From: Squalus acanthias
Taxonomy: Eukaryota
Direction: 5' to 3'
Assembly (NCBI GenBank): GCA_030390025.1
Contig: CM059428.1
Coordinates: 127,286,001 to 127,350,000 of the forward strand
Length of the DNA stretch: 64,000 bases
Position numbers and translations under genes: made by a program. Positions within the stretch are counted from its first letter, which is position 1. Every line of letters begins with the position of its first letter. Of the stretch, positions 25,321-37,591 are shown one piece after another. The notes below the pieces were generated by a model. The model ran no database searches. It was not told the DNA's origin and saw only the letters and a program-made list of their open reading frames with translations.

Positions 25321-26252
25321 TGTAACTTTCCTGTTACAATGCCTTCATTTTAAAACAGTCACAATTCCATCAGTTTTTGGACCAGAAAGGCCTGGCTGGA
25401 TTCTAGAAAGTCCAGGCTACCTGTACAGATGTGGCTGATGTCACCTGTGCACCTTTCCAGGCTATTAGCTGAGCACTGGTACAACAAGATCCATGCAAAG
25501 TCAAGGGTTACTGAAGACACACTGGATTGGTCAGAGGTGCCCTGAAATATGGTCCAACTAGGGTCTCGAGGACTATAATAGTATGCTGCACAACTTAGCT
25601 TTGAAAAGAAGCCTCATGGAGGCTCCAGAAGATTAAAAGAAAGATGCAGCACTTTGAAGAATCACCAGTGGACAATCCATTGCCAACTACAAAAGACATT
25701 AATGCCCATTTGATACAAGGGACCTCTTGATTTCCAATTAAGCCCACTGCATTAGCAATCCTTTTTATATTCCCACCCTTCCCACCAGAAAGACAGATTC
25801 ATGCACAGAAACAAGGCTCTCATTGCCAACTCAGAAGCCTACCATTCATGACACCCAAACAAAGATGCTTGCCAAAAATGATTTCATAGATTACATAGAC
25901 CCTACGGCACAGAAACAGGCCATTTGGCCCAACTGGTCTATGCCGGTGTTTATGCTCCACTCGTGCCTCCTTACACTTTTCTTCATTCCACCCCATTAAC
26001 ATAACCTGTTCACAGACACCACAGATCCTCTGTAGAGGGCGGCGAATTCAAACAAACGCCAGATGACTGGAAGTCTCCACTGACAAGCCCGCTAAACATC
26101 TGTGGGCAATTGTATGCAAGGTGAACATCGAAAGTCTTTTCTTCGCCACTCACAAAAAAATCCGGGCCATTATAAATGTGGACATAAGATCTTATAAGAA
26201 AAAAGTTAACACAAAAAGTGCGACAAAAACATAACCAGAAGTTGAGAATACA

Positions 26253-26572
26253 AGGAACATAGGAACAAGAGTAGGGCATTTAGCCCCTCGAGCCTGTTTC
26301 ACCATTCAATGAGATCATGGTGATCTGTGATCTAACTCCATATACCCGGCTTTGCCCCATATCCATTAATACCTTTGGTTAACAGAAATCAATCAATCTC
26401 AGATTCAAAATTAACAATTGACCCAGCATCAACTGGCGTTTGCGGAAGAGAGTTCCAAATTTCTACCACCCTTTGCATGTAGAAGTGTTCCCTAACTTCA
26501 CTCCTGAAAGGCCTACCTCTAATTTTTAGGCTACGTCCCCTAGTCCTAGATTGCCCAACCAGCGGAAATAGT
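26253..26572 (-). mobile_element. CR1 LINE 3' fragment
   Basis: AGGAACATAGGAACA tail complement and CR1 C-terminal sequence. Confidence 0.8.
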
Positions 26573-26574
26573 TA

Positions 26575-27650
26575 GGGCTAAAAATTCGGGTGTTTTACGC
26601 CACACGTTACCGGGAAAATTTTGCAAAAACACGGCAGCCACCATTCTTTCGCCAGCTGCTGGCAGGTCCCACAGCTTCCGCCATTTTCCGAGGGCCTGCA
26701 GCGAAGCTGGTAAAAGCGATGGTCGTGGAAATTTAAATGGAGGGTGACGTATGCCGACTTAATGTCACCTCAGCAAACTTGGACCTTAGCGCTGAGTTCA
26801 GCGCTGGGTCCAAAGCTCCCTATGAAAACCCAGCACCTCTTAAAGAGACACACACATCAGGTAAGTTTGCATTTAAGCTTTTGAACTATTTTTTTATTTT
26901 CTTGAAGTAATGGCTTGCTGCAATAAATGTTAAAAGTTTTTTTAAGTGTGCAGGGAGTGCTGCTGAATGCTTGCAAGGCCTCGGATGGTAAAGTAAGGCC
27001 TCTGAGAAGACAGAAAATGCTGCAAATACTCAGCAGGTCAGGCAACTTCCGTTGAGAGAGAATCAGAGTTCACGTCTCAGGAGGTCGAGATGCTGCCTGA
27101 CCGGCTGAGTATTTGCAGCATTTTCTGCTTTTATTTCAGATTTACAGCATCTGCTCACAGAGGGAAGAGGAAGACACAGAAGAGGAAGACACAGAGAGGA
27201 AGAAGCAGAAGAGGATGAAGCAGAAGGAAGGATGCAACCCAGCCAGCCCCTTTCTGGCCAGGATATCCAGGATGGAAACATCCGCCTGCGGTACCAGTGA
27301 CCACAACCCCAATTGCCGTTTCAACATTTGTCCAACACCTTATCTTCCCTTTGTTACTGACCATCACAGCGTCCTCTTTGCCGCAATGCTGAAATAAAAG
27401 CCACTACAAAGCAAACTCTCCAATCCAACTTTATACATCTATCCATCCAATATGACATCAAGGAATCAACTCATCACCCTTATGAATTCTCTTAGTGACG
27501 GTCTTGTGTGTGCCTTTGCCTATCCTACTGATGTCATGCAGTGTTACCCCAGTGGCTGCAGCATGGCTGGTGGAAGGCTGCTGACTTTCAGTGGGGGACA
27601 CTGCAAATGGCCTTGCTGATTGACCTTGAGGAGCTGGTGGCTGGGAGTAT
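26575..27650. mobile_element. Harbinger derivative: left terminus plus convergent 3' ends of the transposase and Myb genes
   Basis: Starts GGGCTAAAAATTC. 27157-27300 (+) encodes an acidic transposase-like tail. 27458-27650 (-) resembles the Myb-gene C-terminus (SQQPSTSHAAATGV vs SEQAASTSAEATGV in copy 1). Confidence 0.7.
27010..27154. mobile_element. Penelope-derived fold-back element
   Basis: Inverted arms AGAAAATGCTGCAAATACTCAGC / GCTGAGTATTTGCAGCATTTTCT; same family as 37050-37248. Confidence 0.7.
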
Positions 27651-27674
27651 CGAATCGAGTGATAGTGTTTCTGT

Positions 27675-28298
27675 ATATATATTTCTATATTGAAATCCAT
27701 TTGCCACAGATTTTGCCCATTCACTTAATCTATCAATATCTCTGTGTCATCGGCAAACTTGAATATGTGGCTCGTAATCCTGTCATCTAAGTCGTTAATA
27801 AATACAGTGAATAGTTGAAGCCCCAACACAGATCCCTGTGGGACACCACTAGTCACATCCTGCCATTTAGAGTATCTGCCTATTATCCCTACTCTCTGTC
27901 TCCTGCTGCTCAGCTAATCTCCTAGCCAGGTCAATAATTTGCCTTCAATCAGCTTCAAATTTAGCTAATAGTCTCTTATGAGGGATTTTATCAAATGCCT
28001 TCTGGAAGTCCAGATAAAAAACATTCATAACTTTCATAGATGTTACCCTACTACTTTAGTTACCTCTTCAAAAAATTAAATCAGGTTCGTCTGGCATGAC
28101 CGACTCTTTACAAATCTATGCTGGCTTTCTCTGATCTGCTGAAAAATTTCAAGGTGTTCAGTCACTCCATCCTTAATTATAGACTCTAGTAATATCCAGA
28201 CAACAGATGTTAGGCCAACTGGTCTATAATTCCCTGGTTTCCCTCTCTCACCTTTCTTAAATAGCGGAGTGACATGTGCAATTTTCCAATCTAAAGGA
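27675..28298 (-). mobile_element. CR1 RT internal fragment
   Basis: WKIAHVTPLFKKGERGKPGNYRPVGLTSVV in ORF 28076-28312. Confidence 0.85.
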
Positions 28299-28309
28299 AG
28301 AGTATGCAG

Positions 28310-28458
28310 CAATGTTCCCTATAAGCTGCGCAGCTGTGCGGCCGTGCATCTCTCTGCCGGTCCCGCGCAGCCTGGGACTGGCTTTTGCATTGTTAAAGTT
28401 CGCGCGTGTGTGAAACTGTGAATGGGCCGCGCACCCAAAAAAATCACGGGGAACATTG
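28310..28458. mobile_element. hAT-type MITE
   Basis: TIR CAATGTTCCC / GGGAACATTG with 8-bp TSD GTATGCAG. Confidence 0.9.
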
Positions 28459-29212
28459 GTATGCAGTAACAAGATTTTGAATATATATATTTATTATATA
28501 GATACAAGAATTCTCAATAAATTTCAATGGACTTTTCAGCAATTAATGATGCAATAAAATATAATACTGTACCGTTTGGAAGTGGGAAAGGAACTTTGAG
28601 AGAAAGAGGAATCTACTTAAAATCAAAATCAATGTGGTGAAAACACTTAATAAAAAAGGTAGGAATGAAATGTAGTGTGTTTCTCCAGAACTAAATTACA
28701 TGAAACACAAATACAGAATTAAATTAAATATACTTCGAACAAGTAGGAATGAATGGGAACAAGGTTTTTTGATAATTATTTGTTTAAATAAAACAGAATA
28801 GAGCTCCGAATTGAATGGAGTGGGGAAAGGAATGGTGAGAAAGACGAATCGACTGAAAGTCTGTGTGCTGTTGAAGTAAAAGTTTGTGTATTGAAATAAA
28901 ATATTTATTAAAAACAAGAACAAATTAAATGGATTTGATTTCTCGGTACTTAATTAAATAAAATTACATGTGGAGTGGGTTTGTTGTGGCATCGGGAGTG
29001 GGAAAGAAACTGAGAAAAAGAGGAATGAAGTAAAAGTACTGCTGAACTAAAAGTTAATGTAGTGAAAGGACACACAAAGAGTAAAAAGAGGTTGGAATGG
29101 AAATTATATGAAAGTAAGTGCGAATTGAATGCAGTGGGTCGCTCCTTAATGAATGGAGCGTTATTCTTTCGGAAACACAAACAAAGAATGGAGTAATCAA
29201 GTGAAAAATAAT

Positions 29213-29981
29213 GGCCCAGATTTTGCGGTCAGCGGTGAAATGGCGGTGCTCACCGCTGACCTCGAAGAAAGCTGCCCACAAAGTCTTAGCAGACTCTGTG
29301 GCATCAATTTCATCTTTTCCGACACCAATTTAATTCTGGTGCCATCGACAGGGGATCTCCAGTGTCCAGCAACAGTGATGTCATCAAGGTTAAGCAGCCA
29401 ATCACATTGAAGAATTCTCAGACAGCAAACAAGGAAGTAAAAAGCAGGTTTTATCATTCATTTTTAATAATCTTACAGAAAGCAAAATAAAGATTGGGAC
29501 ATACATATGGGATTAAGGCAGAAGTGGAAATATCATAAACAAACTTTAATATATAATAAAAATTAATTTATTATTTAAAAATCTATGGAATTTTTATCAT
29601 GGAATGGAGGAAATGAGACTCCACAATATAAAATTGTTTTTTCAGGGCCAGAAAGGTTGTCCAGCAGTAATTATGTCTTAGTATGCCATTAAAAACTCAG
29701 TTACACCTCATTCAACAAGGCTTACTTTTTCAAGGGTTTTTACAGCAAGAATAGTGCGTAATAAGTTGAAGTTCACGTCAAATCTGTGATTTCTAATTGA
29801 TTCCATTGGCAAGGACTGCAACAGCGCACCCTGTGGAGGAGCAGGGTATCACTGAAAGCAACTTCAGCATTTCCGCTTTTAATTGCACATGTGCGGACGG
29901 CAGAAGTTACTGTCAGTTTTACCGAGTAATGATGAAGAACGCTGACAGTTTCTCCGTCATTACAACCGCAAATTCCAGGCC
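29213..29981. mobile_element. MITE family A, full copy
   Basis: TIRs GGCCCAGATTTTGCGGT / ACCGCAAATTCCAGGCC. Relatives at 26010-26168, 30859-31147 and 62841-63544. Confidence 0.85.
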
Positions 29982-30858
29982 ATTATAAAGGAAGGAAAAG
30001 GTTTTAATAATAGAAAGAACAGTTAACATTTAGCCACTTCACTGAAAGGAATACTGTGGGTCTCTCCTCTCTTTGGGTTGAGGATGCGTGCTTGGTGTAG
30101 TATGAACGATATCCGCAGATAGAACTAGAATGGGTCAGGTTGTTTAGGGTGGAACAGGGAGCAATGAATCGTTGGTTTGCTTTGGAGGAGCTAAAATACA
30201 AGTTTATACAAGTCTTTGTGCAAACATTGAGGACACTTAGGCTCCTGAGTGTGGATGCAATTATTTTTCAATTAAGATAAGGTCAAGCAAGCAGCAACAC
30301 GAAATCCAAACAGAGCAACATAAACAAACTTTCTAGAAAGAGGCACAGCACTGGGCAATAAAGTAATTTTGAAGCTGCAACAAGTTTTTTAATGGAAGGC
30401 TATTTATTGATTCCCTCTCAACATTGCAGGGACCCAAGGACTCTTGAGGACTTCAATATAGGAAAAAATCACATTTGTTCCACAGAACTAGGGGCAAAGA
30501 ACCTTTTAACAGATTTTTGATGCCGATCAGAGGGATGCGCCACCAATTTGCTGCTATTTATTTATTTCTCAATAGCAGCGGGGACCCCAGGGGTCATCAG
30601 CACTTCCAAAAATACATTTATGTTGCACAGAGGTACAGATCAGAAGGCAAACAGCTTTTTTTTAATTGAAGGAAGCACGTTTAAACTAAAGAGTAGTGAA
30701 AATACCTGTAAACTTGAACTGTTTGCAGGAGAGAGCAGAGTCCGGGAATCAGCCCGAGTTGAGCAGTGCTACAGCAGCACCAATAAGAAAATGCACATTG
30801 CAGACATTACCTGTTAGTGCGATAGTGTTAGCTACAGAAACATTATTAAAGCGTTATT

Positions 30859-31147
30859 GGCCCGGAATTTGCAGTCAGCGGCAAAGCGAAGCCGCTCGCC
30901 GCTGACCTTGAAGAAAGTTGCCCACAAAGATTTAGCGATCTCTTTGGCGTGAATTTCAGCTCTCCCGACCTTTGAATCTGGTGACAAATCAAGCGAATCT
31001 CCAGCGTCCAGCAAGCAGGCTGAGCAGCCAATTATATTGAAGAATTCTCATAGATAGCAAACCAGGAAGTAAAATGCACAGATTCTAATTTACTTTTTAT
31101 AAATTTTACAGAGTGAAATAAAGATTGGGACATACACATAGGATTAA
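30859..31147. mobile_element. MITE family A, left part only
   Basis: Colinear with 29213-29520 and truncated by an L2 fragment. Confidence 0.8.
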
Positions 31148-31149
31148 GG

Positions 31150-31520
31150 TAGAAGGGTTGTAGGGCTGGAGGAGGTTACAGAGATAGGGAGGGGCGAGGC
31201 CATGGAAGGATTTGAAAACAAGGATCAGAATTTTAAAATTGAGGCGTTGCTTAACCGAGAGACAATGTAAGTCAGCAGAGTTTTGGATGAGTTTAAGTTT
31301 ATGGAGGGTGGAAGATGGGAGGCTGGCCATGAGTGCATTGGAGTAGTCAGGTCTAGAGGTAACAAAGGCATGGATGAGGGTTTCAGCAGCAGATGAGCTG
31401 AGGCAGGGTTGGAGTCAGGCGATGTTACGGAGGTGGAAATAGGCAATCGTAGTGATGGCGCGGATATATGGTCGGAAGCTCATCTCGGGGTCAAATACGA
31501 CACCAAGGTTGCAAACCATC
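31150..31520 (-). mobile_element. L2 LINE fragment
   Basis: KLKLIQNSA...FKILILVFKSFHGLAPPYL in ORF 31106-31330. Confidence 0.85.
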
Positions 31521-31525
31521 TAGAC

Positions 31526-31749
31526 CAGGGTGGGCAATTATTTGCGCTGGAGGGCCACTTAACAAGTTTTGGTGAGCTATTGAGGGCCGCAAACATAAAA
31601 TGAATTGTGTTAATAGCTACCATTAAAATTTGTTATGGCATTTCTTGTATAAAGAACCCTTCATGTCGTTTCCACACTTAATAAAAATAACATTAACGTG
31701 CTAACGAACATGATACAGATTTACCCAAAACTTCTCAGCCATTGATATT
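31526..31749. mobile_element. hAT (Charlie-like) left end
   Basis: Begins CAGGGTGGGCAA...GAGGGCCAC; right end not found. Confidence 0.5.
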
Positions 31750-32493
31750 GGGCCGAAAATTGATCCCGGGACGCGAGAGTACGCACTGCGTACTCTCGCG
31801 TATTCCCACTCCAATTGCCGGTTTTCTGCATGCCCTGCGCATGCGCTGAAAACCGGCAATTGCTCTTCTGAAAAGGGGGCGGGGCCTGGGTGCATCGCGT
31901 GCGCGCTACAGGCTGCGCGCACGCTGTGCACTTCATGCTTTGGACGCGCAGGTAAGTAGGGAAGATTTTGGAAATGTAAAAAGGAGGAGTAAGACCCGCT
32001 TTTAAGAAGGTAAGTAGTGAATTAAATATTTTTTTGAATTTTTTTTTACAGGTATATCTTTTTTATAGACTTTAAAGACAGGTAAGTTTATTTTTATAAC
32101 TTTTAAAAGATTTTAAATTTTTTCAAAAATTTAATTTTTATTTAAAATGGTTAATTTAATTAACTATACTTATTTTATTAATATGATGGTTTTTTTTTTT
32201 TTTATTTAATTGAGGTTTAGCTGTTATTTTGGGGGGGTGTAAGATTCATAGATTTCACAGCCATGCTGTGAGACTTATGAATGGAAGATGGTGTGCTGCC
32301 ATTGGCTCTAACTGAGTCACGTGATCCCACAGCTCGCACGAATTCACTACGCCGGTGGGATACGCAAGCCCAGCACAGCTGATGTCTGGAACATCAAGTT
32401 CGTGCGAGCTGGATCTGAAAAAGCATAAGCGAGGTGAGACATCGCGGGGAAGGCTTACCCCCGCGGGAACAGAGCGAGATCAATTTCTGGGCC
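31750..32493 (+). mobile_element. Hairpin-rich MITE family H, copy 1
   Basis: TIR GGGCCGAAAATTGATC / GATCAATTTCTGGGCC, 3-bp TSD ATT, internal palindromes. Confidence 0.88.
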
Positions 32494-34552
32494 ATTATTA
32501 TGCTATAATTAAAACTGTAAAACTGGTTACTCGACAACTGCTGTAAAATTTTGTAAATAAAAGAAAAACGTTAAGCAGTTATAAACTTTCAGAAGACATC
32601 ATTTTAGAAATTATAGATAAGAAACAAATCATAGATTAACAATCAAATATCTACTATAAAATATTTTAATTTTATTTCAAAAAATAATTTGTGTCCTGAT
32701 TTTATTTGAGTAACGTGAATAGAAGCGATTGCATAACAGCTCAAAATAGTCCTACACTTGTATATTGAAAATTGGGTTAAAGAAAAACAAAGAAACTCAC
32801 TCAATGGCAACACTGTAACGTAGTCACATCAAAATCAATGAACCCCAGCGAGAACCAAATCACTAAAGACTCAGTCAAACAGTTTATAAATTATTGTACC
32901 CACACAAAAAGTAATGCAATGCTACAAAAGAGATGCCAGAGATCAGATTTCTCACCCCCTTCTCCCAAGAGTATTGGGATCCAGTTCTGTTGCCCTCCGA
33001 TACATTACCCATGTGGCTATGCTTCACAAGGGTTGACCGGAATCACTGCTGAGCCAACTCCTGTACGTATACGCCGCACACAACACACACCCCATCGCAA
33101 TTGAAAGTGAGAACTCCAGCTGATTTTCCCCTAGCCAAGGGTACAGGGACTGACTGTCATAGCTCCACCCACCCCAACACTGTTCTTTTCCACTCTTTCA
33201 AACCTCCTCCCCGCACCTCGTCTACCCCACCCTTAACCCCCACCTCCCCATGAGGCCGCCGGAACAAACCACTGGGAGGGGGCAAACGCTTGTTGCAGGC
33301 CTAGGGACTGGCAATTCTCTTTCTTTCCACCCCTCCCCCAAAGACCTCATGCAAATTACCGGAGTAGACAGCATCCCATCCTGTTTGCCGTACTGCGAGG
33401 AGTCGAGTAGCCATCGGCTGCCGCTTCCAAGAAGACCCGGAACCCGAGGCCGCCGACACCAACGCGCTTCTCCGCCTGCTCCAGACCGCCATTCCTGGCG
33501 AAAGCGGCAAAGAGCCTGGTCGCGGTCAATGTCCGCCAACTCTGGCCAACACTCTCCACAAATTTTGAAACTTTGGTCCGGTCTCGCCGGACCCCTCCCT
33601 CCCGGTTGCCCTTCCCGGAAAAGAAGGGGCAGAGGATGCAAGGATTTATTAAAACAGCCGGGCCCCAAGCTCTGAAAATCATGGCACCAGGATGAATAAA
33701 GGGAGACACAGTGATTTTCCTGCCCGGCCCTCAGGTTTCAATGTCTGATAATCAAAAAAAACTTACCAAGATAATCCCCTCAAGCAGTGAACTCGCCCAA
33801 CATGGGTTGCAAATGGAGTCCAAAAGTGCGCATGCACAAGCTTTGTATCTGAGACTATTCCTCCCCACCCCCAAACCCCCCACTACATTATAACAGTGCC
33901 TACACTTCAAAAGTATTTCTTTGGCTGTAAAGTGTTTTGGGGGGTCCTGAGATCGTGAAAAGTGGACATGGGTGTGAGGAACCCACATATAATGCTTCAC
34001 AAAAATTGCGTCTTATCAGCACTTGAGTGCTAAACCTGCAGGTGTCTGGTTTAGCACCTCCAGGCAAGTTCAAATTAGGGTAATCAACAATTAGGACCAA
34101 AATTGTGTGCTAAATCCAGACTTTCAAACAGACATGTCTTATTAGCACAGCACCCATTTAGGGCCTGTTTTCACCCTTTGGCCAAAATAACCCCCCACCT
34201 CTTTGACCCATCTTTAGGTTACTTCTCCTAATATCTCCTTCTTTGACTTGGGTCCATTTATTTCTGATTATGCTTGGGGCATTTTTCAAGTTAAAGGCAC
34301 TATACAAATGCAAATTGTTGTTGATGTAATACACAATGTATTATTCTGCTGCTAATGGAGAGCTGTGTTTCTTAGGGCCACAAAGACTAATTGTTGTTAA
34401 ATTAAGACTCACGTCAAAATTTAATTCTTTGGTGAGGGAATTGTGCACAGTGAAATCAGAGTTTAATTCTTCCTCAGCTAGTACCCAGGATTAAATGTCT
34501 GCCTTTCCTTTTTGGTGTGATTATTTTTCAAATAAAAGGGCACAAACATTAA

Positions 34553-35407
34553 GGCCGTGATTTTTCCTATCAATGCGGCTTGGGGGCAGGACAGCTGCCT
34601 TCTGGGTTCCAGTCCTGCCCCCAACGACATCAGATGCACAGACACGATTTTGTGTCAATTGGCCTTGTTAAGCCCGCCCTGCGGGCTTGCCGGCCAATTA
34701 AGAGGAAGCCGGTGTCAGATGACGTCAGTTGATGGTTCGTCATCTGCCGGTTTTCTTAAAGGGGTCGCGCACAATTTTTTTTGACAGCTGATTTTTCAGT
34801 GTTTGACAGCATTGAGGTGCTGCAAACACTGACAATCACTGTACAAAGGTGAGCCCTTGCATCCAGGCTCTCCAGTGACTCCCTCCTTAGGCTAGACCAG
34901 ATGGAAGCTGCAGGTGAGGTTACAGAAGTGATCGGTCACTGGTGAGAGAGGTTCTCCCAATGAGGTGGGACTACACATACATTCCAAACTTGTCACCTAC
35001 AAAAAAGTGTAAATGCATTAAAAATGATTTTCCCAACATTTTCTTACCTCTGAAACTCACCAGTGTACCATTGGATCCTTCACAACACTTCTGCAGCTGT
35101 CATCAATGCAGAAACATTACAGTAGACCCACAGCACGCCACACTTACCTGTCGTGGTGTCCGGACGTCGGGAAACCCGCAGTAGACCTGTCAAAATTACA
35201 AAAAGCCTCTTAACTGCCTGTTAACAACCTGTTAATAAGCAGTTAAGTGCCTATAATCCTCTTCCCGCCGCTAGGTGTCGGGTCCATGCGCAAATCGGGG
35301 ACCCGACACCTGGGAAGATGGTTTGGAGGAGGCTTGACAGCGGGTTTCCGAATCTTTGCGATTTTGCCGGATGTCCCACCTCCAAACCCGCCGGCAAAAT
35401 TCTGGCC
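34553..35407. mobile_element. Harbinger-derived MITE
   Basis: TIR GGCCGTGATTTT / AAAATTCTGGCC with TAA/TTA flanks. The left part is colinear with 16124-16460 and includes the first Myb codons. Confidence 0.82.
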
Positions 35408-35621
35408 TTAGACTTCTGTGTTAGTAAGATATTTTTGGTTGGATAGGAAAGTTTCTCTGTACATTACAAATGACTGCTTTCTTGTAAATTGTTGCAAGAA
35501 TTTTGTATCTGAGCCAACCAGCTGCAAGTAAGTTGCCTCAAATAAATTTGCCTATAATTAAGTGCAACAGAAGTGTGCCACAGAAAGTCGAGCATGATAG
35601 CACGAAGTAGGACACACTCAC

Positions 35622-36253
35622 ACTTGCATTTATATAGTGCCTTTCACGACCTCAGGACATCCCAAAGTGCTTTACAGCCAATGAAGTGCTTTTGAAGTTT
35701 AGTCACTGTTGTAATGTTGGAAACGCAGCAACCAATTTGTGTACAGCAAGCTCCCACAAACAGCAATGTGATAATGACCAGATAATCTGTTTTTAGTGAT
35801 GTTGGCTGGGGAATAAATATTGGTCAGGATACTAGGGATAACACCCCTGCTCTTCTTCAAAGTAGTGCCATGGGATCGTTTATGTCCAGCCGAGAGAGCA
35901 GACAGGGCCTCAGTTTAACCTCACATCCAAAAAACGGCACCTCCGACAGTGCGGCACTCCCTCAGTACCAATGTTCCCGTTAAGCTGCGCGGCCTTGTAG
36001 AGGTCTGGAGGTCTGTCGCAGGCTGCTCACTGGCTTTTACATTGAAGAAACCGCACATGCGTGAAAACTTGAATGGGCCGCGCAGCCAGTTAAAGGGACA
36101 GCGCACCTAAAATAAAAATTAGAGGGAACATTGCTCAGTACTGCACTGGAGTGTCAGCCTAGATTTTTGTGCTCAAGTCCCTGGAGTGGAACTTGAACCT
36201 ACAACCTTCTGACTCAGAGGCGAGAGTGCTACCAACTGAGCCACACCTGACAC
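35622..36253 (-). mobile_element. tRNA-derived Deu-domain SINE (SacSINE1/AmnSINE-like), interrupted by a hAT MITE
   Basis: Reverse complement of the 48624-49052 SINE. Confidence 0.85.
35969..36133. mobile_element. hAT-type MITE
   Basis: TIR CAATGTTCCC / GGGAACATTG with 8-bp TSD CTCAGTAC. Confidence 0.92.
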
Positions 36254-37049
36254 TGTAAATGGTTACACACACATACTCTTTTTATTATAATACTAGCAGA
36301 TCTTCCATGGCAGTGCTCATCGTACATGGGATGATGTGGTGTTGTATAAGGACAGGAGTGTTATACCATGTAATGCACAGTGTATTATTCTGTTAAGATG
36401 GATTTGCATCCCTTTAAAGCCATAAATTCTAACTACAAAGTAAGCAGATGCTCAGGTTAACCAGAGTTTAATGGTTGTTTGGTTAGGATACTGTACAGAT
36501 TAAAATGTGCTGGTCAATTTCAGGCTGCAGGAGCATCCAGCATTTTAAAATCTGTAGCAAAATGTAATATCTGGAGTGTGACATCTGCATGTACTATACA
36601 ATACTGTTTTAATATATTACTTATAGATAAGATATGTGATAGATTACATCAAAAACTGATGTTCACCCATTATGGAGATCATCAGGTGGTGCCAGGCGTC
36701 ATTATGCTTTTGGCATCTATAGTACTACCACTCAACCCGAGAAGTCAGCTAATTGCAGGTATGCGCAGATATCCCAAGCGCCTGAACACTTGTTCTCGCC
36801 TTGAGCCTTTCTTGCGATGGCTAGCAATCTTACTGGTGCTATTTCCATTGCACTGCCAATCCTATTCATCTCAATCCGTCTTTTTAACATTGTTAACGAC
36901 AACTTGTATTTATATAGCGCCTTTAACATAGTAAAATGTCCCAAGACACTTCACAGGAACGTTATAAAACAGAATTTGACACCGAGCCACATAAGGAGAA
37001 ATTAGGGCAGGTGACCAAAAGCTTGGTCAAAGAAGTAGGTTTTAAGGAG

Positions 37050-37248
37050 TAAAAACAGAAAATGCTGGAAATACTCAGGTCAGGCAGCACCTGTGGAGAG
37101 AGAAACAGAGTTAATATTTCAGGTCATCGACCTGAAACGTTAATACTGTTTCTCTCTCCACAGATGCTGCCTGACTTGCTGAGTATTTCCAGCATTTTCT
37201 GTTTTTATTTCAGATTTCCAGCATCTGCAGTATTTTGCTTTTGTATTG
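37050..37248. mobile_element. Penelope-derived fold-back element
   Basis: ~75-bp inverted arms centred on TTTCAGGTC-ATC-GACCTGAAA, with 12-bp duplication GGTTTTAAGGAG (37038-37049 / 37249-37260). Confidence 0.8.
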
Positions 37249-37591
37249 GGTTTTAAGGAGCTTCTTAAAGGAGGAAAGAGAGGTAGAGAGGTGGAGAGGT
37301 TTAGGGAGGAAATTCCAGAGCTTAGGGCCTTGGCAGCTGAAGGCACGGCCACCAATGGTTGAGCGATTAAAATCAGGAATGCTGAAGAGGCCAGAATTAG
37401 AGGAGCGCAGATATTTCGGTGGTTGTGGGGCTGGAGGAGATTACAGAGATAGGGAGGGTCAAGGCCATAGAATCATAGAATGGTTACGGCACAGAAGAAG
37501 GCCAGTCGAGCCCGTGCCAGCTCTCTGCAAGAACACTTCAGCTAGTTCCACTCCCCCGCCCTTTCCCCATAGCCCTGCAAATTTCATTCCT

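Larger units (their letters stand above)
23500..25800 (+). pseudogene. Heavily degraded Harbinger transposase (copy 3), interrupted by a SINE tail and two CR1 fragments
   Basis: 24060-24390 encodes VKVTTALNFYATSSFQ, HRCIRQVIDALFARA, VIDCTHMAI and NRKGFHSLN. 25335-25620 encodes AFILKQS, GWIL, WLMSP and GALKYGPTRVSR. Confidence 0.8.

Noticed and set aside
28500-30230. AT-rich strand-biased region with short ORFs
   Set aside because: Possibly an ancient LINE remnant, but I found no diagnostic motif.
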